A stretch of 64,000 bases of DNA from the NCBI GenBank assembly GCA_000165345.1, contig CM000433.1, forward strand, positions 640,001 through 704,000. The letters run 5' to 3'. Every line of letters starts with the position of its first letter. The first letter of the stretch is position 1. A program made the translations under genes and the position numbers. Below the pieces are notes generated by a model. That model was not told the origin of the DNA and did not search any database. It was given only the letters and a program-made list of their open reading frames with translations. This document shows positions 29,801 to 41,735 of the stretch, in pieces.

Positions 29801-32800
29801 TCTTGATATTGATGAAATTATTGACAAATCCAGACAAGATAAGGATTTAGTTGCTGAAAATAAGGATGCTTTAGAAGAAGAAAGAGATCTAGCATTCAAG
29901 AATGCAGTTGAGTCTTATTTAATAAAATTGGTAGAAACAGCTCTTGATAGATTAGAGACTTGCAAGCTGATTCAATACAACCATAAAGATGGACATGTTG
30001 GATCATTAATGCTTGGAAGAATTTCCTCTCATTTCTATTTATCACCAGAAACAATTCAAGATCTTGATAAGCAATTACTTCCAAATTTATCTGAAATTCA
30101 ACTTTTTAGATTATTTTCAACTTGTAAAGAATTCAAATTTCTTCTTGTTAGAAATGAAGAAAAGATTGAATTGGAGAAGTTGGTGGATAAAGTTCCGATA
30201 CCTATACAAGGAGTGGGATCCAGCAATGTTGATGGTAATGATAATATTGGCAATATGGTTGATCTTGATACTTTTACTAAAGTTAATGTTTTACTTCAAC
30301 TTTATATAACAGGGTCAAGATGGATTAATGCAAAACTAACTCTTCTCTCTGATCTTCACTTTATTGCTCAATCTGCTCCAAGAATATTCAGAGCTATTTT
30401 TAACTTGGCTATTAAAAGAAGGTGGTCAACGTTGGCTAGAAGATCACTTAAGATTGCAACAGTAAGTTAAAATAGTGAATGAATTATTAACCTGATGTAA
30501 ATTATGTTAATAATATGATGATAAAACGTTTAAAATTCTTGTCACTACCATTGAAATATTCATATTATTATATGAATTTTGAAAATAAATAAACGTAAAA
30601 ATCTGATTAATCAAATTTATCATATTTTCTGAATGGTTTAATAATTTATCACAATAATTCTTTCCTTAATTAATCTATTTTTTAGATGATAGAAAGAAGA
30701 TCTTGGGAGGCTATGCTACCTTTAAGACAATTTAAAGGTATTTCCGAAGAAGTTGTTAAAAGATTAGAAAAGAAAGACATTAACTGGAATACTTACTACA
30801 GCTTTACCAGTAATCAATTGGGTGAAATGCTCAAATCTTCTAAATTAGGTAAGTTTTTTCAATTTTGCTAATTCCACATCTTTTGCATTATTTCCAATAT
30901 AATTTAATAATTAATATTGGAACAGTTTCCCGCCAAATTTTGCATGAAAATGAATTTTGTAAAGATGATGACAAAAAAAAAACAAAATGACAAGCATATG
31001 TCTGAAAGACATAAATTTAAAAATCATGGTGAAATTGATTGATTAGTTATTGAAGTGTTGCCAGTACTTCTTGATTAAAGATGGAAAGCTGCGTTTTCAA
31101 TAGCAATGAAGTAATTTAATCATGATTTTTATTTTTTTATATTGATGTTAAAGTTTTTTTATATTGGTCTGATTTATTCAAATTAACTCTTTGCATGCAG
31201 TTATAAATTTATTTAGGCGGGAAAGCTTTATGCAGTATGTGGGATAGTTAAAAGGTTAATAAGAAATTACTAATTATTTAAAATAGGTCCCGTTTTATAT
31301 AATTTGATAAGAAAAATACCAAGATTGGAGATATCTGGAAATATCTTCCCAATTGACTCGAAAATTTTACAGCTAGATTTGGTTATTAAATCTAATTTTA
31401 TATGGGATAATAAGATTCATGGTCAATCAATGACAGGAGATATTAATACAGATGAAATAAATACTGGCGAAACATTCTGGATTCTAATAGAAGATTCTGA
31501 TGGTGAATATTTATATCTCTCTGACATGATAGTAGTAAGACCATCATTGAATGAGATTTCCAATAATAAAAATGAAAATGAAATATTTATGCAAGATGAA
31601 TATTATTTAAGTTACCAGATATTCTTAGAAAAGAAAGGTGTAAGAAAAAATTATGACCAAGACGATGTAATTCCCCCATTTATATTTGTAAGGGCTATTG
31701 CTGATAAATGGTTGCATTCAGAAACGAGTATTTCTGTACCAGTTGAGAATAAAGTAATATTACCAAATATCCAATATGAAAATACTGAATTATTAGATTT
31801 ACAACCAATTAGAGTAAAAAAAGCATTTTCTGAATCTGGATTTGAGGTGTATTTGAGGAGGATGTTTAGTATTGGAGATAATGATAAAGAATTTGATCAT
31901 CAAAGCTATGATTCATTAAAATTAAATGGCCTTCAGACACAATTGTTTAATTTGATTTACAATTCAGATAAAAGCTTTTATTTATCATCACCTCCTGGAA
32001 ATGGTCAGTTTATTTGTACTTGTATGGGAATTTTGAGGGAGATGAAACAAGATTCAAAATTTCAGTCCAAAAATTTCCAAGTACTATTCTTATCATGTAA
32101 TAAGGATAAAGCTGATTATTATGTTTCTAAGTTCGAGTCAATTTTTGGTGTGAATCAAATAGTTTCTGGTTTGAAAGGAAAGACTCCAGTCCAAATTGAA
32201 CAAGAATTAAAATCCAAGAGTATAATAGTTTCAGATATTGAAACATGGGATAATCATGTTGGAAAAAAACTTACAAAGATACGTGATCTTGTTAAGAAAT
32301 TAAAACTTTTGGTTATTGATGGTATTGAGTTTATTAATAGCAATAATTCAAATGGCTCTGTAATAGAATCAGCTATTTCCAGAATTAGATATATTATTAC
32401 TCCTTTGAATTTGAAAATAAGAATATTTGCATATTCAAAGTGTATTTCTAATGCAAATGAGGTTTCTGAATGGCTGGGAATATCAAGGGAGAATGTATTT
32501 TCTTTTGATCAAAATATATTCAATGAAACTATTAATAAGAAAGTTATTGCCTTTGATTCTTATTATCGTTCAAGCCGTTTTCAAATGATGTTAAAGTATC
32601 TCAAAGATAATATCATTTTGCAGTTAATTAATCAACCTAAAGAAGAAAAGAAAACTTTAATAATATTTGTTTTGGATTATGAATTCTGTTTAAGCTTGGC
32701 TAATGAGCTATCTTTATTTATTGTCTCAGAAAGTGATCAACAAGAAGAAGGTGTTACTGAATATAATTCTTTATTAAAATTCTCAATACACAATGGAATA

Positions 32801-35086
32801 GGTTTTTTGTATAAAAATCAGTCATTTAAGGAAAAAGAGTATATTTTATCACAATTTAATGATGAAAAGATAAATATTATCATAGCTTGTGAAGATATGA
32901 AGAATTCTATTACTCTCAAATTTGATTATGTTGTTGTAATGGATACAAAGAAAATTGATTATGATGATAATAAGGGTTCGCTCATTAATTCAAAAATACG
33001 TAAAACTATTGATTATTCACAATTTGATATACATCAAATGCTAAGTAGATGCAGAAATCAAATGGATCATTATTCCAACTTTATTTTATTGTGTTCTTCA
33101 AATAAACAAGAGTTTTATGAATATACAATTAATAATTCTTTGCCTTTAGAATCAAATATTGATTTTGGTATCATTGATTGCTTAAATACAGAAATTGCTT
33201 TGAAGACTATTAAAACAAAACAAGATACTATAGATTGGATTACTTGGACATTATTTTATAGAAGAATTTCAAAGGTAAGTTGTTTATTTAACTATTAAAG
33301 CGTATATAAATATATATTTATATATGAAGATTCTATATGTGACTATTATTAAAAAAGATATATTATTAATGGGAAAATTAATAATTTGGATTTATTTCAT
33401 TTATTTGATGATGACAATTTGTTTTAATAAATGACAATTTTATATGATTGTAATATTTTTTATATACATATTCGTACTGTCTGAGAGTTATATTCAATTT
33501 ATTAAATTTAAAATAAATCCAATAAAAATTAATAATATACCAACTGTTGTCATATTTTGACACAAATTATTAATAGTTGCATGATCTTGGCGCCAATTTG
33601 GTAATATATATTTATATACATTTAATTAATATAAAAACTTTTTTAATTCACATTTCTTTTTTTATAGAATCCAACTTATTATGGACTAACAGGAAATACA
33701 AGCGTTCATATTTCAGATTACTTATCTGAATATTTGGAGAGCCTTTTGGATTCATTATCTGAAGCAAAATGTATACAAGTTGATGGTAAAGAAAATGATG
33801 AAGATGGTGATAATGAAAAAGAGGAAGAAAATGAAGATGATAATGAAGGAGATGATACGGTGGTATCGCTAAATTTGAGCTTAATTTCAGCATTTTATAA
33901 TTTGAAAGTTTCTACTATTGAATTTATTAGTAAGAATTTGAGCGAAGATGATACCTATGATAGTCTAATTCAGTTAATTTCGATGGTTCCTCAATTACAA
34001 GAAGAATGTCTGATAAGAAAGGGGGATAACCAGATTTTAGATCAATTATGTAGGGATCTGAACTTAAATTTAATGTCAAATACTGAAAGTTCTAAGTCAT
34101 CATCATCTTCAAATTACCAACATAGAAGCTTAACTTCAAGAAAGATCCAAATACTTTTGAATTCATATATAAAACGTCACAAATTTATATTGAGCAGACC
34201 ATTGGTTAAAAATGATTTGATAGATATATTGCGATTTGTAATGGATTTATTATTTGCAATGGTTGATATATCAAGTTCAAATGGCTGGATTAATACTTGT
34301 TTAAGAATAATGGAACTTTCACAAATGTTAGTTCAAGCAATAAGTAACCCAGTAAATGATAAATTAATGCAACTTTCAATGTTAATGAATAAAGATCGAA
34401 TTCGAATATTTAAGGAAAGTGGCGTTACTGATATTTATGATTTAATTAATATGAACGATGATGATAGAGATGAATTATTAACAGAAAAACTTTCTTTAAG
34501 TGAAAAGGAAATATCTCAAATTGCTCAAGTTTGTAATGATTTCCCAATTATAGAAACTGAATATACTATTCTTGGCTGTAATGATTTGAATGAAAAAAAT
34601 AAAAGAAGAAGATTAGATTCAGATAATTCCACTAATACAAAAAATGGAGAAACTCAAAGATTATTTGAATGTAATCCTGAATCTGAACTAACTTTATCTA
34701 TTGATATATCAAGAGATTTTAGTTCTAATGAAGAAGAAGATAATGATTTGAAAAATCAAAATGATATTAAAGATCAAGAAATTTATCCATGTATCGTTAA
34801 GAATTTGAATTATTATCCTCTTGAAAAGGAAGAGAATTGGTGGGTTATCTTAATAAAAATTGCTGTTCCAAATTCATCAAAGGAAAATAAGGATGATGAA
34901 AATGAAGATGAAATTTTGTCTATAAGAAGAATACAACTTAATAAAATAAGTAATCAAGTATTGTTAAAGTTTAACTCAATTGAAGATTCTGGTATGATTA
35001 CAAACTATAAGTTACTGGTTATTTGTGATAGCTACATTGGATGTGACCAAGAATTTATGTTTTCTATCAAGACAGTAGAATCTTAA
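26856..35086 (+). CDS. BRR2: Brr2 / SNRNP200 (U5 snRNP 200 kDa tandem Ski2-like helicase), 4 exons: 26856..30461, 30686..30848, 31287..33274, 33668..35086. Total 7176 nt, 2391 aa.
   Basis: Collinear with human SNRNP200 from [20 protein letters not shown] (human [20 protein letters not shown]) through cassette 1 ([52 protein letters not shown]) to the C-terminus YIGCDQEFMFSIK (human YMGCDQEYKFSV). Three GT..AG introns in phases 0, 1 and 0 were placed by requiring continuity with the human sequence (MLPLRQFKGISEEVVKRLEKK; IRKIPRLEISGN; NPTYYGLTGN). Confidence 0.9.
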
Positions 35087-35326
35087 TATATTTATAGCTT
35101 TCTTTATTATTATTTTTTTAATTATTATTTTACTAAAATTTAACTTCAAATATATATAAACATGTTAGTTTCAAATTTAAATTTTCAGCCTAAATAACTA
35201 TAAATAAATTCTCCATCTATACAAATATGAATATTTCGAATTACGTGTATTCAAATGCATATTTGCATGCATGCATATTTGGCTATTTTATGTGGATAAT
35301 TACACGTATGGCGGGAAATGCAAGAA

Positions 35327-37627
35327 TCATTTTCTACTTTTTTTGATAAATTTGAGAATATTTCCCATGCTTTGATCATCAGTGACATCATTTAAATCAT
35401 TAATATTATGGTTATTGGAGTTTCTTTTGTTCTTGTTTTTTTTTGAAATCTTGGTATTGTTTGAAACATTTTTATAAGATGATGATTCTTCTAGATTATC
35501 AAGAATATCAATTTTTTCGTCAATAATATTACTAAATAGTTTTCTTGTTTTATCAATTTTCTCATTAACATTATTCCAATCATCTTTTTTATTAAAGCTC
35601 TCAATCTTTAGACTTTTAAATATTTTAAAATTCTTGCTCATAAGTACATCCTTTCCACCTCCTTGTTCTTCATTAAGTAATTCTTCAACGATCATTTTTC
35701 TGAAAAGATTATCAGAAGCATAAAACATTGCAATAATAGCATAATTGCATATTCCTGATAGTACTAAATTTAAAAAGTTTCCAAAATAACTTTGAATCCA
35801 TCTTTTCTTAAGAGATTGAGGAATGTTACTAGTAGATGAAACTAATGTTTCAATCATCCTAATTCCAAAAGGAACTTCAAGAATATCTTTAAGCATTATA
35901 TTCTTGTGTTTGCTAATAAAATATGTAATACCAGAAGTTAAGGGATGAATTGTATCTGCTGGAAACTTTGATAAAGAGCTAATCATTAAACATCCTTGAG
36001 AAGTTATTTTCAACTTTTTCTCTGCAGATTCTGTCTCTGACTTAGAGCTATCATTTTCTTTCCCTTCTAATAATAACAATTCACTCTTCTTCTTTTGAAA
36101 TATTAAGCATGAAAATGTGTATTGATAATCTTCACTTGAATCTATTTCTATTGACTTCCATAATTTTTTAGTTAAATATTTGTATTCACTTTGTAATCTT
36201 CTACAATTATCTATTAGAGAAATTAATATATCTAAAAACTCTTTTTTACTTATCATCTTTGAGAAATCTAAACATTTCAATATTGGAATAAATTCCTCAC
36301 GTTTAATTCTATTACTCTTTAAAAGATTTAAAATTATATAATGTCCATATTCTGAATCTAATATATCATTTAAGAATAACTGATCATATTGTTCTTTAGA
36401 GATTGTATGTGAATTAATCCAAATAACTAAGAATTCATATGGAATCACTTCTAATAGTGCTTCTAATAATCTACTCTTTAAATTTGAATTCATCCAATTT
36501 CTAGTTGAATTTGAAAGTAATCTTGAAATCTTTTCAGAATCTACATCTCCATTTTCATATCCAATAATTATATCTTCATCAGTTTCTTGTCCATTTGTTA
36601 TAATAATTGTTAATATTGTATTAAATAATTTTACTAATTCAGCATTTTTTTGTGGATTTAATTCATTCAATGCTCTAATAAACAATATTAAAGATGGTAA
36701 TCCATAAGTATCTCCTATAATACCTTCAAAATCCTCTTTAAGAGATTTTAATAGTTGAGATGATAATGATGTATCATCCATATTTGAAGAAAATACTAAG
36801 TCTTTCAACTCTTTAATACTATTACATTCATATGTTTTATATTTGTTTTGACTCTTTCCACTATACTTTTGTTTATTAGCTTGATTCCTTTTTCCTACAT
36901 TTTCTAATATATAAGTCTCCATATTGTCAATACTCATAGTTACTTTCCCCATAGTAATATTAATAACAGTTCTTCCTACATGACTTGCTGTAGAATTAGT
37001 AAATATTGAAATCCAACCCAAAGTATCTCCCATTTTTCTTACAAATTCCAAAATCTCTTCTAGTATTAAACTTCTTTCTTCATGAAAAATCTTCTTCTGT
37101 TTTAGAAAACTTAACAGTATTGCAGAACTTTCTAATGCTGTCTCTGTTACATGAGATCCATACAAATCAAAAATACTTTGTTCTACATGTTTTAATATAC
37201 TTTTTTGAATAAATATATAATTGGATATACAATTCTTTAATCTTTGAAATGCTTCATTTTCCTCAATCATTTTACTTTTCTCATTCAATATATCAAAGTT
37301 TATTGAATCTATTAATCTCTTGATACTTAATATATTAATACTAAGCATTAATTCAAAAATCTTACTGCATCTTTGATCACTCATTAAAAAGACTTCAACA
37401 TCTTTCTTCCTCATATCCTCAATAATTCTATCAACTAGTACTTCACAGCCTTGTTCATCATTCAATAAATCACCTGTTAATATCATATCTTTGATTTTTT
37501 TATAGTAATTCAGAATTTCCATATAGTAATTCTCATCTTCTTGATTTACTTCAACATTATTAGTGGTTTCCTCTTTTTTATCTTTAGAAGTTTTTTCTTT
37601 ATTAGCTTTTTCTTTTCCCATTTTCAA
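35327..37627 (-). CDS. Hypothetical helical-repeat protein with a Lys-rich N-terminus. Possibly a nucleolar/ribosome-biogenesis factor. No confident family.
   Basis: 766-aa uninterrupted ORF. Lys/Glu-rich start MKMGKEKANKEKTSKDKKEE. Promoter motifs (GGCCCGCC, TACCGG) upstream at ~37870-37925. Confidence 0.5.
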   Translation of the reverse strand: MKMGKEKANKEKTSKDKKEETTNNVEVNQEDENYYMEILNYYKKIKDMILTGDLLNDEQGCEVLVDRIIEDMRKKDVEVFLMSDQRCSKIFELMLSINILSIKRLIDSINFDILNEKSKMIEENEAFQRLKNCISNYIFIQKSILKHVEQSIFDLYGSHVTETALESSAILLSFLKQKKIFHEERSLILEEILEFVRKMGDTLGWISIFTNSTASHVGRTVINITMGKVTMSIDNMETYILENVGKRNQANKQKYSGKSQNKYKTYECNSIKELKDLVFSSNMDDTSLSSQLLKSLKEDFEGIIGDTYGLPSLILFIRALNELNPQKNAELVKLFNTILTIIITNGQETDEDIIIGYENGDVDSEKISRLLSNSTRNWMNSNLKSRLLEALLEVIPYEFLVIWINSHTISKEQYDQLFLNDILDSEYGHYIILNLLKSNRIKREEFIPILKCLDFSKMISKKEFLDILISLIDNCRRLQSEYKYLTKKLWKSIEIDSSEDYQYTFSCLIFQKKKSELLLLEGKENDSSKSETESAEKKLKITSQGCLMISSLSKFPADTIHPLTSGITYFISKHKNIMLKDILEVPFGIRMIETLVSSTSNIPQSLKKRWIQSYFGNFLNLVLSGICNYAIIAMFYASDNLFRKMIVEELLNEEQGGGKDVLMSKNFKIFKSLKIESFNKKDDWNNVNEKIDKTRKLFSNIIDEKIDILDNLEESSSYKNVSNNTKISKKNKNKRNSNNHNINDLNDVTDDQSMGNILKFIKKSRK

Positions 37628-37991
37628 TAATATTTCCTAATAATAAATATTAAATTCTTCAAATAAATTTTAAATTTTTTAAAGTTTAATATAAATAACG
37701 CTAATATTAAGTTGTTGATGATTTATCTATAATTTTATTGATACAATATATTTATTAGGGAAAAAAGCATTTAAGTAGATATACTCAATATTGAACTATC
37801 TCTTTATATCACTTTTAATTTTTTTTTTTAATCTTTTTTTGACATTATCATGAAAAAAAAAATAATTCAAAAGGCCCGCCTTTTAAATTTTATTATTGCT
37901 ATACCGGCATAAGGTACCGAATTAAAAAAAAAAAAAAATGGTAAAGATAAATTAAATAAATTTAAAAATGAAAAAAGAATTATAGAAAAAT

Positions 37992-38978
37992 TTAGTATTT
38001 TCTAAGACCACCCATAAAGTTTCGTGGATCTGGTATATTTCCATTAAATTCAGCATTTGAAAAATCGAATCCTGGATTCTGTTTTACATATATAATATAA
38101 ATATTTTAAATAATATTTATTAATTATTTATTTATTTATTTTGTTTAACTTACCTCTCTTTGGAATCTTTCTAACATCATTTGCTTTTTCATATTTTCCT
38201 GTAATAATTTTTCAATTTAATATGAATAGTTAAATCAATTATTAAGTAGAGAAGGGAAAGATAATTAACTCACAATATCAATGGAATTCAAAGAATTTTC
38301 ATTACTTGCAATTACTGAATTCCAAACAGATCCTTTTCTCATCTTTGATAGTTGTACAATGAGTTCATTGTTTTCTGAATAATTTGGGAAAAAATATGGA
38401 AAATAATAAGGTAATGACAATGGTTTAATATTAATTCAGTTATTTTATATTAAAAACAAAAATTAAAGAAAAGAAATCAAATAAACTTACCAATATACCA
38501 TAATGATTCTGAAGTATCAATTGTATCAAAGAGAGTATCCTAATAAATGTGAATTGAATTAATAGAAAAAAGTTAAAGTTAGGTATTAAAATCATGAAAA
38601 GATATCTTAATGATAATACTTTCTTTATTTTAAACTTTTCAACTTACATCAAAAATATCATAGTTGGTAGATTTATTCTGTATTTTCAGCTTATTACACA
38701 TTATCTTTACAGATAAATCTTCTTTATTCATTTTATTTTTACTATTTATATCTTTCCCTGAATTTAAATATACATTTTCTACTGTAAAATATAGAATAAC
38801 TTCGTCTAAATTTTGCTCCCAAGTATATTTTAATCTTCCTATTATAGAAAGAAAGTGGATAATACGATAAATTTAGGTTTTTGATTAATTTCAGTTTACA
38901 CGTAAAATTGCATGCCAAACATATATAAATTAGCAACTTACCAATATCATCAAAACATGGAGCCCGTATTGATTTCAT
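37992..38978 (-). CDS. NudC-like CS-domain protein, 6 exons on the minus strand: 38942..38978, 38648..38838, 38491..38539, 38272..38372, 38154..38198, 37992..38078. Total 510 nt, 169 aa.
   Basis: Spliced product MKSIRAPCFDDIG RLKYTWEQNLDEVILYFTVEN...SLWYIENNELIVQLSKMRKGSVWNSVIASNENSLNSIDI ENMKKQMMLERFQRE NPGFDFSNAEFNGN... It tracks human NudC YRWTQTLSELDLAVPF...SSWLIEDGKV...WWSRLVSSDPEINTKKI...EILKKFMDQHPEMDFSKAKFN. All introns are GTAAGT/GTGAGT...AG, and the phases close to an integral CDS. Confidence 0.7.
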
Positions 38979-39212
38979 AATTGTATAAAATATAAATCCT
39001 AATTATATACTTTTTTCCTGAATCTTGTTCACAATTTATTAACTATTTAAACTTTCAATAATAAATTAAGCAATGTGGCTGTGCAAATTAATTAAAAAAA
39101 ATAATTTTTTTGTGAGAATGTTTCCCGCCAAAACTTCGGTCATTTACAAAATATATAAGAAAAAATAAATAAGAGAATAAAAAAATATCAACAAAGGAGA
39201 ATATTTGACAGA

Positions 39213-41333
39213 ATGGACGATAGTTCAAAGAAAGTGGACGATATTGAGGTCTTAGATTTATTAAGAAAATCAAGAAATAGAGTATTGAAAGATTCAGATG
39301 AAAAAAATATTGTTGATAATGAAATGGAAAATGAAGATATGGATATAGATGAAGACGAAGAGGAGGAAGAAGAAGAAGAGGAGGAAGAAGATGAAGAAGA
39401 AGAGGAAAAGTTAGAAATGACAAGCGATTCAGATTCTGCGCAAAGTGATGAAAGACCAGAATTTGAACGTGAAGCGGAATTAGCAAAAGAATACGAAGAC
39501 GAAGCTCAGGCTAAAAGAAAGTACGAGCTATTATACAAAAATAAGAGGAGTCCTTCAAATAAGCAGGATTCTGCATTAATGAAATTACGTAATGCAAGAC
39601 AGAGAAAAATTAAAGGAATGAGACTTACACCATCAGAAGATGAAGAAGACAGTGAAGAAGAAGAATATCAGGGTAAAGATTCCGACGAAAATGATAATAC
39701 AGATAGTGAAGACGATGATGGAGATTATTATGGAGAATATGATAGTAGACATCAAAAAACTGATAAAATTAGTAAATCCAAAAGAAAATTAAGACATTCT
39801 GAATCAGATTCTGAAGAATATGATGATGATAATAACAATTATGAACGATTAAAATCAAAAGGACAAAAAAGATCTAGAAGAAATTCCTCTAATATTCAAA
39901 AAAGTAACCTATTTGATGATGATAATCAAAATCAAGAAAGAATGTTAAGAAGATGTGAAAAAGTACTTGAATCAATTAATTTAAAGCTAATGAAGTCTGT
40001 ACATTTAACAAAAGATAGAATAGAGTTCATGTTAGAACATCCAAAGTTTACTGAATATTTATGTGGGAGCTACGTAAAAGTACCAATTATTAATCCATCC
40101 ACAAATAGTGAGATTTTCTTAACATGTGAAGTTTTTGATTCTCATATTAGTGATGAAAATCAATGTGTATTAACTTTACAGAGAGGAGGATCTAAGAAAG
40201 AGTGGGGAATTGAAAGTATTTCAAACAATATATTCACAAATGAAGATTTACTTGAATGGAAAGCAATGATTAAAGAATTCTATTCCAATGATCCTGATTA
40301 TATTTTATCATTACCAAGAATACTACAAAAAAAAGCCAGGGATTTAAATAATTTTCAATATGGAGATGACGATATTGCTCTTATTCTTGAAAGAAAACAA
40401 AAGAAAGCAAGTACCCAATCTTTATCAGGTAAAACCTTAATTGAAACAAGAACTAACTTACAAACGCAAATTAAACAATTAGAAGCTCAGCTTAAAAATA
40501 TTGGATTGGATAATATTGTTAGAAAATCTAAACTTGCTAAAATTGATCAATTACAACAAGAATTAGAGCAAACTATTAATCAAATTGAGAAACTTAAATT
40601 ACAAAAAGAAATGATCCATCCTGATAAATCTCTTAGAATCACATCTTCTAGATATATTGGAGGAGTACAAGGTAAAGGATCTGGTACTATGCCTACATTA
40701 TTTAATAAGTCAAACTTAAGTGAAAATAATATGAATAATGGAATCACTACAGCTTCTAAAACTAACAAAACTTGCAATTCTTTATATAAACTTATTTTTG
40801 ATCCAACATCTCCAAAAAATTATTCTAAAAATAACCTAGGTTCTGGCGCCATTTCCAATAATGACTATAATCATGCAAAATCTCAATTATTTTCATCAAA
40901 TTCTAATCAAAACACAGAAATTCATTTTGGGAGAAGAGAATGTAGACCTTCTGTTATGTGGGAAACAAAGAGAAATAAGCCGAATACAAGACAACCAATA
41001 AATAGTAAAATTGAATCTTCTGATATTCAAGAAATTTCATTAACACCATCTGACCAAAATAACAATAAACCATCTGATTATGTTATTATTCAAGACATTG
41101 AAACATCTAAAAATTTTTCCTTAGAAACAGAAGAAATTATTTCTGATTTTAAAGATTTCTTTTCAAAAATTGACTTGAATCTTATAGTATCAGCCAGAAA
41201 TAACTCTCCTGTTTGTGTTCCTCCTATATATGATAGTTTCTGGAATCCTTCAGAATTCAATGCTATATCAAAAAACAATAAAGATCTCAACTCCGAATTT
41301 CAAGAACTTGTTAAGTTAGTAACAAATCCTTAG
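39213..41333 (+). CDS. RTF1: RTF1-like Paf1-complex subunit (Plus3 domain protein).
   Basis: Poly-Glu acidic N-terminus. The Plus3-domain block LTKDRIEFMLEHPKFTEYLCGSYVKVPI...FLTCEVFD...LLEWKAMIKE parallels Rtf1 [28 protein letters not shown]...EFMKWKEAM. TTTCCCGCCAAAAC motif upstream at 39121. Confidence 0.7.
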   Translation: MDDSSKKVDDIEVLDLLRKSRNRVLKDSDEKNIVDNEMENEDMDIDEDEEEEEEEEEEEDEEEEEKLEMTSDSDSAQSDERPEFEREAELAKEYEDEAQAKRKYELLYKNKRSPSNKQDSALMKLRNARQRKIKGMRLTPSEDEEDSEEEEYQGKDSDENDNTDSEDDDGDYYGEYDSRHQKTDKISKSKRKLRHSESDSEEYDDDNNNYERLKSKGQKRSRRNSSNIQKSNLFDDDNQNQERMLRRCEKVLESINLKLMKSVHLTKDRIEFMLEHPKFTEYLCGSYVKVPIINPSTNSEIFLTCEVFDSHISDENQCVLTLQRGGSKKEWGIESISNNIFTNEDLLEWKAMIKEFYSNDPDYILSLPRILQKKARDLNNFQYGDDDIALILERKQKKASTQSLSGKTLIETRTNLQTQIKQLEAQLKNIGLDNIVRKSKLAKIDQLQQELEQTINQIEKLKLQKEMIHPDKSLRITSSRYIGGVQGKGSGTMPTLFNKSNLSENNMNNGITTASKTNKTCNSLYKLIFDPTSPKNYSKNNLGSGAISNNDYNHAKSQLFSSNSNQNTEIHFGRRECRPSVMWETKRNKPNTRQPINSKIESSDIQEISLTPSDQNNNKPSDYVIIQDIETSKNFSLETEEIISDFKDFFSKIDLNLIVSARNNSPVCVPPIYDSFWNPSEFNAISKNNKDLNSEFQELVKLVTNP

Positions 41334-41735
41334 ATATGTTCTTATTCATTAGAATTCTTATAATTATTTTTTTTAATTATTAATTTTATATAAAAACACG
41401 TCATCAATTTACTATTTATTGCTTATTATTACTTAATAAGTTTGGCGGGAACTTTTTAGATACCCCACAAATATTAGTACAATAAAGGAAAATATGAAAT
41501 AAAAAAAATTGGTTAAAATAGAAAATAAGAAGAGGAATTGTTATAGAGTTTTCATTATTTTACGAAAAACTCTGCTTCCAAGTCTTTAATATTAAAATTG
41601 ACAAACTAGTTATGTTTTTATAGTCAAGATAAGAGATATTCAAATGGGTAAGACCCCTATATCAAATAATTTGTTAAATAATAGAAATTGTGATAATCTC
41701 AATGAAATAAGAGGTTACCATAAATTATAGTAAAT

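Noticed and set aside
31304-33298. Treating ORFs 30686..30871, 31304..33298 and 33734..35086 as separate genes.
   Set aside because: They are collinear with successive parts of human SNRNP200 and join through canonical GT-AG introns in compatible phases. They are exons 2-4 of BRR2, not independent genes.
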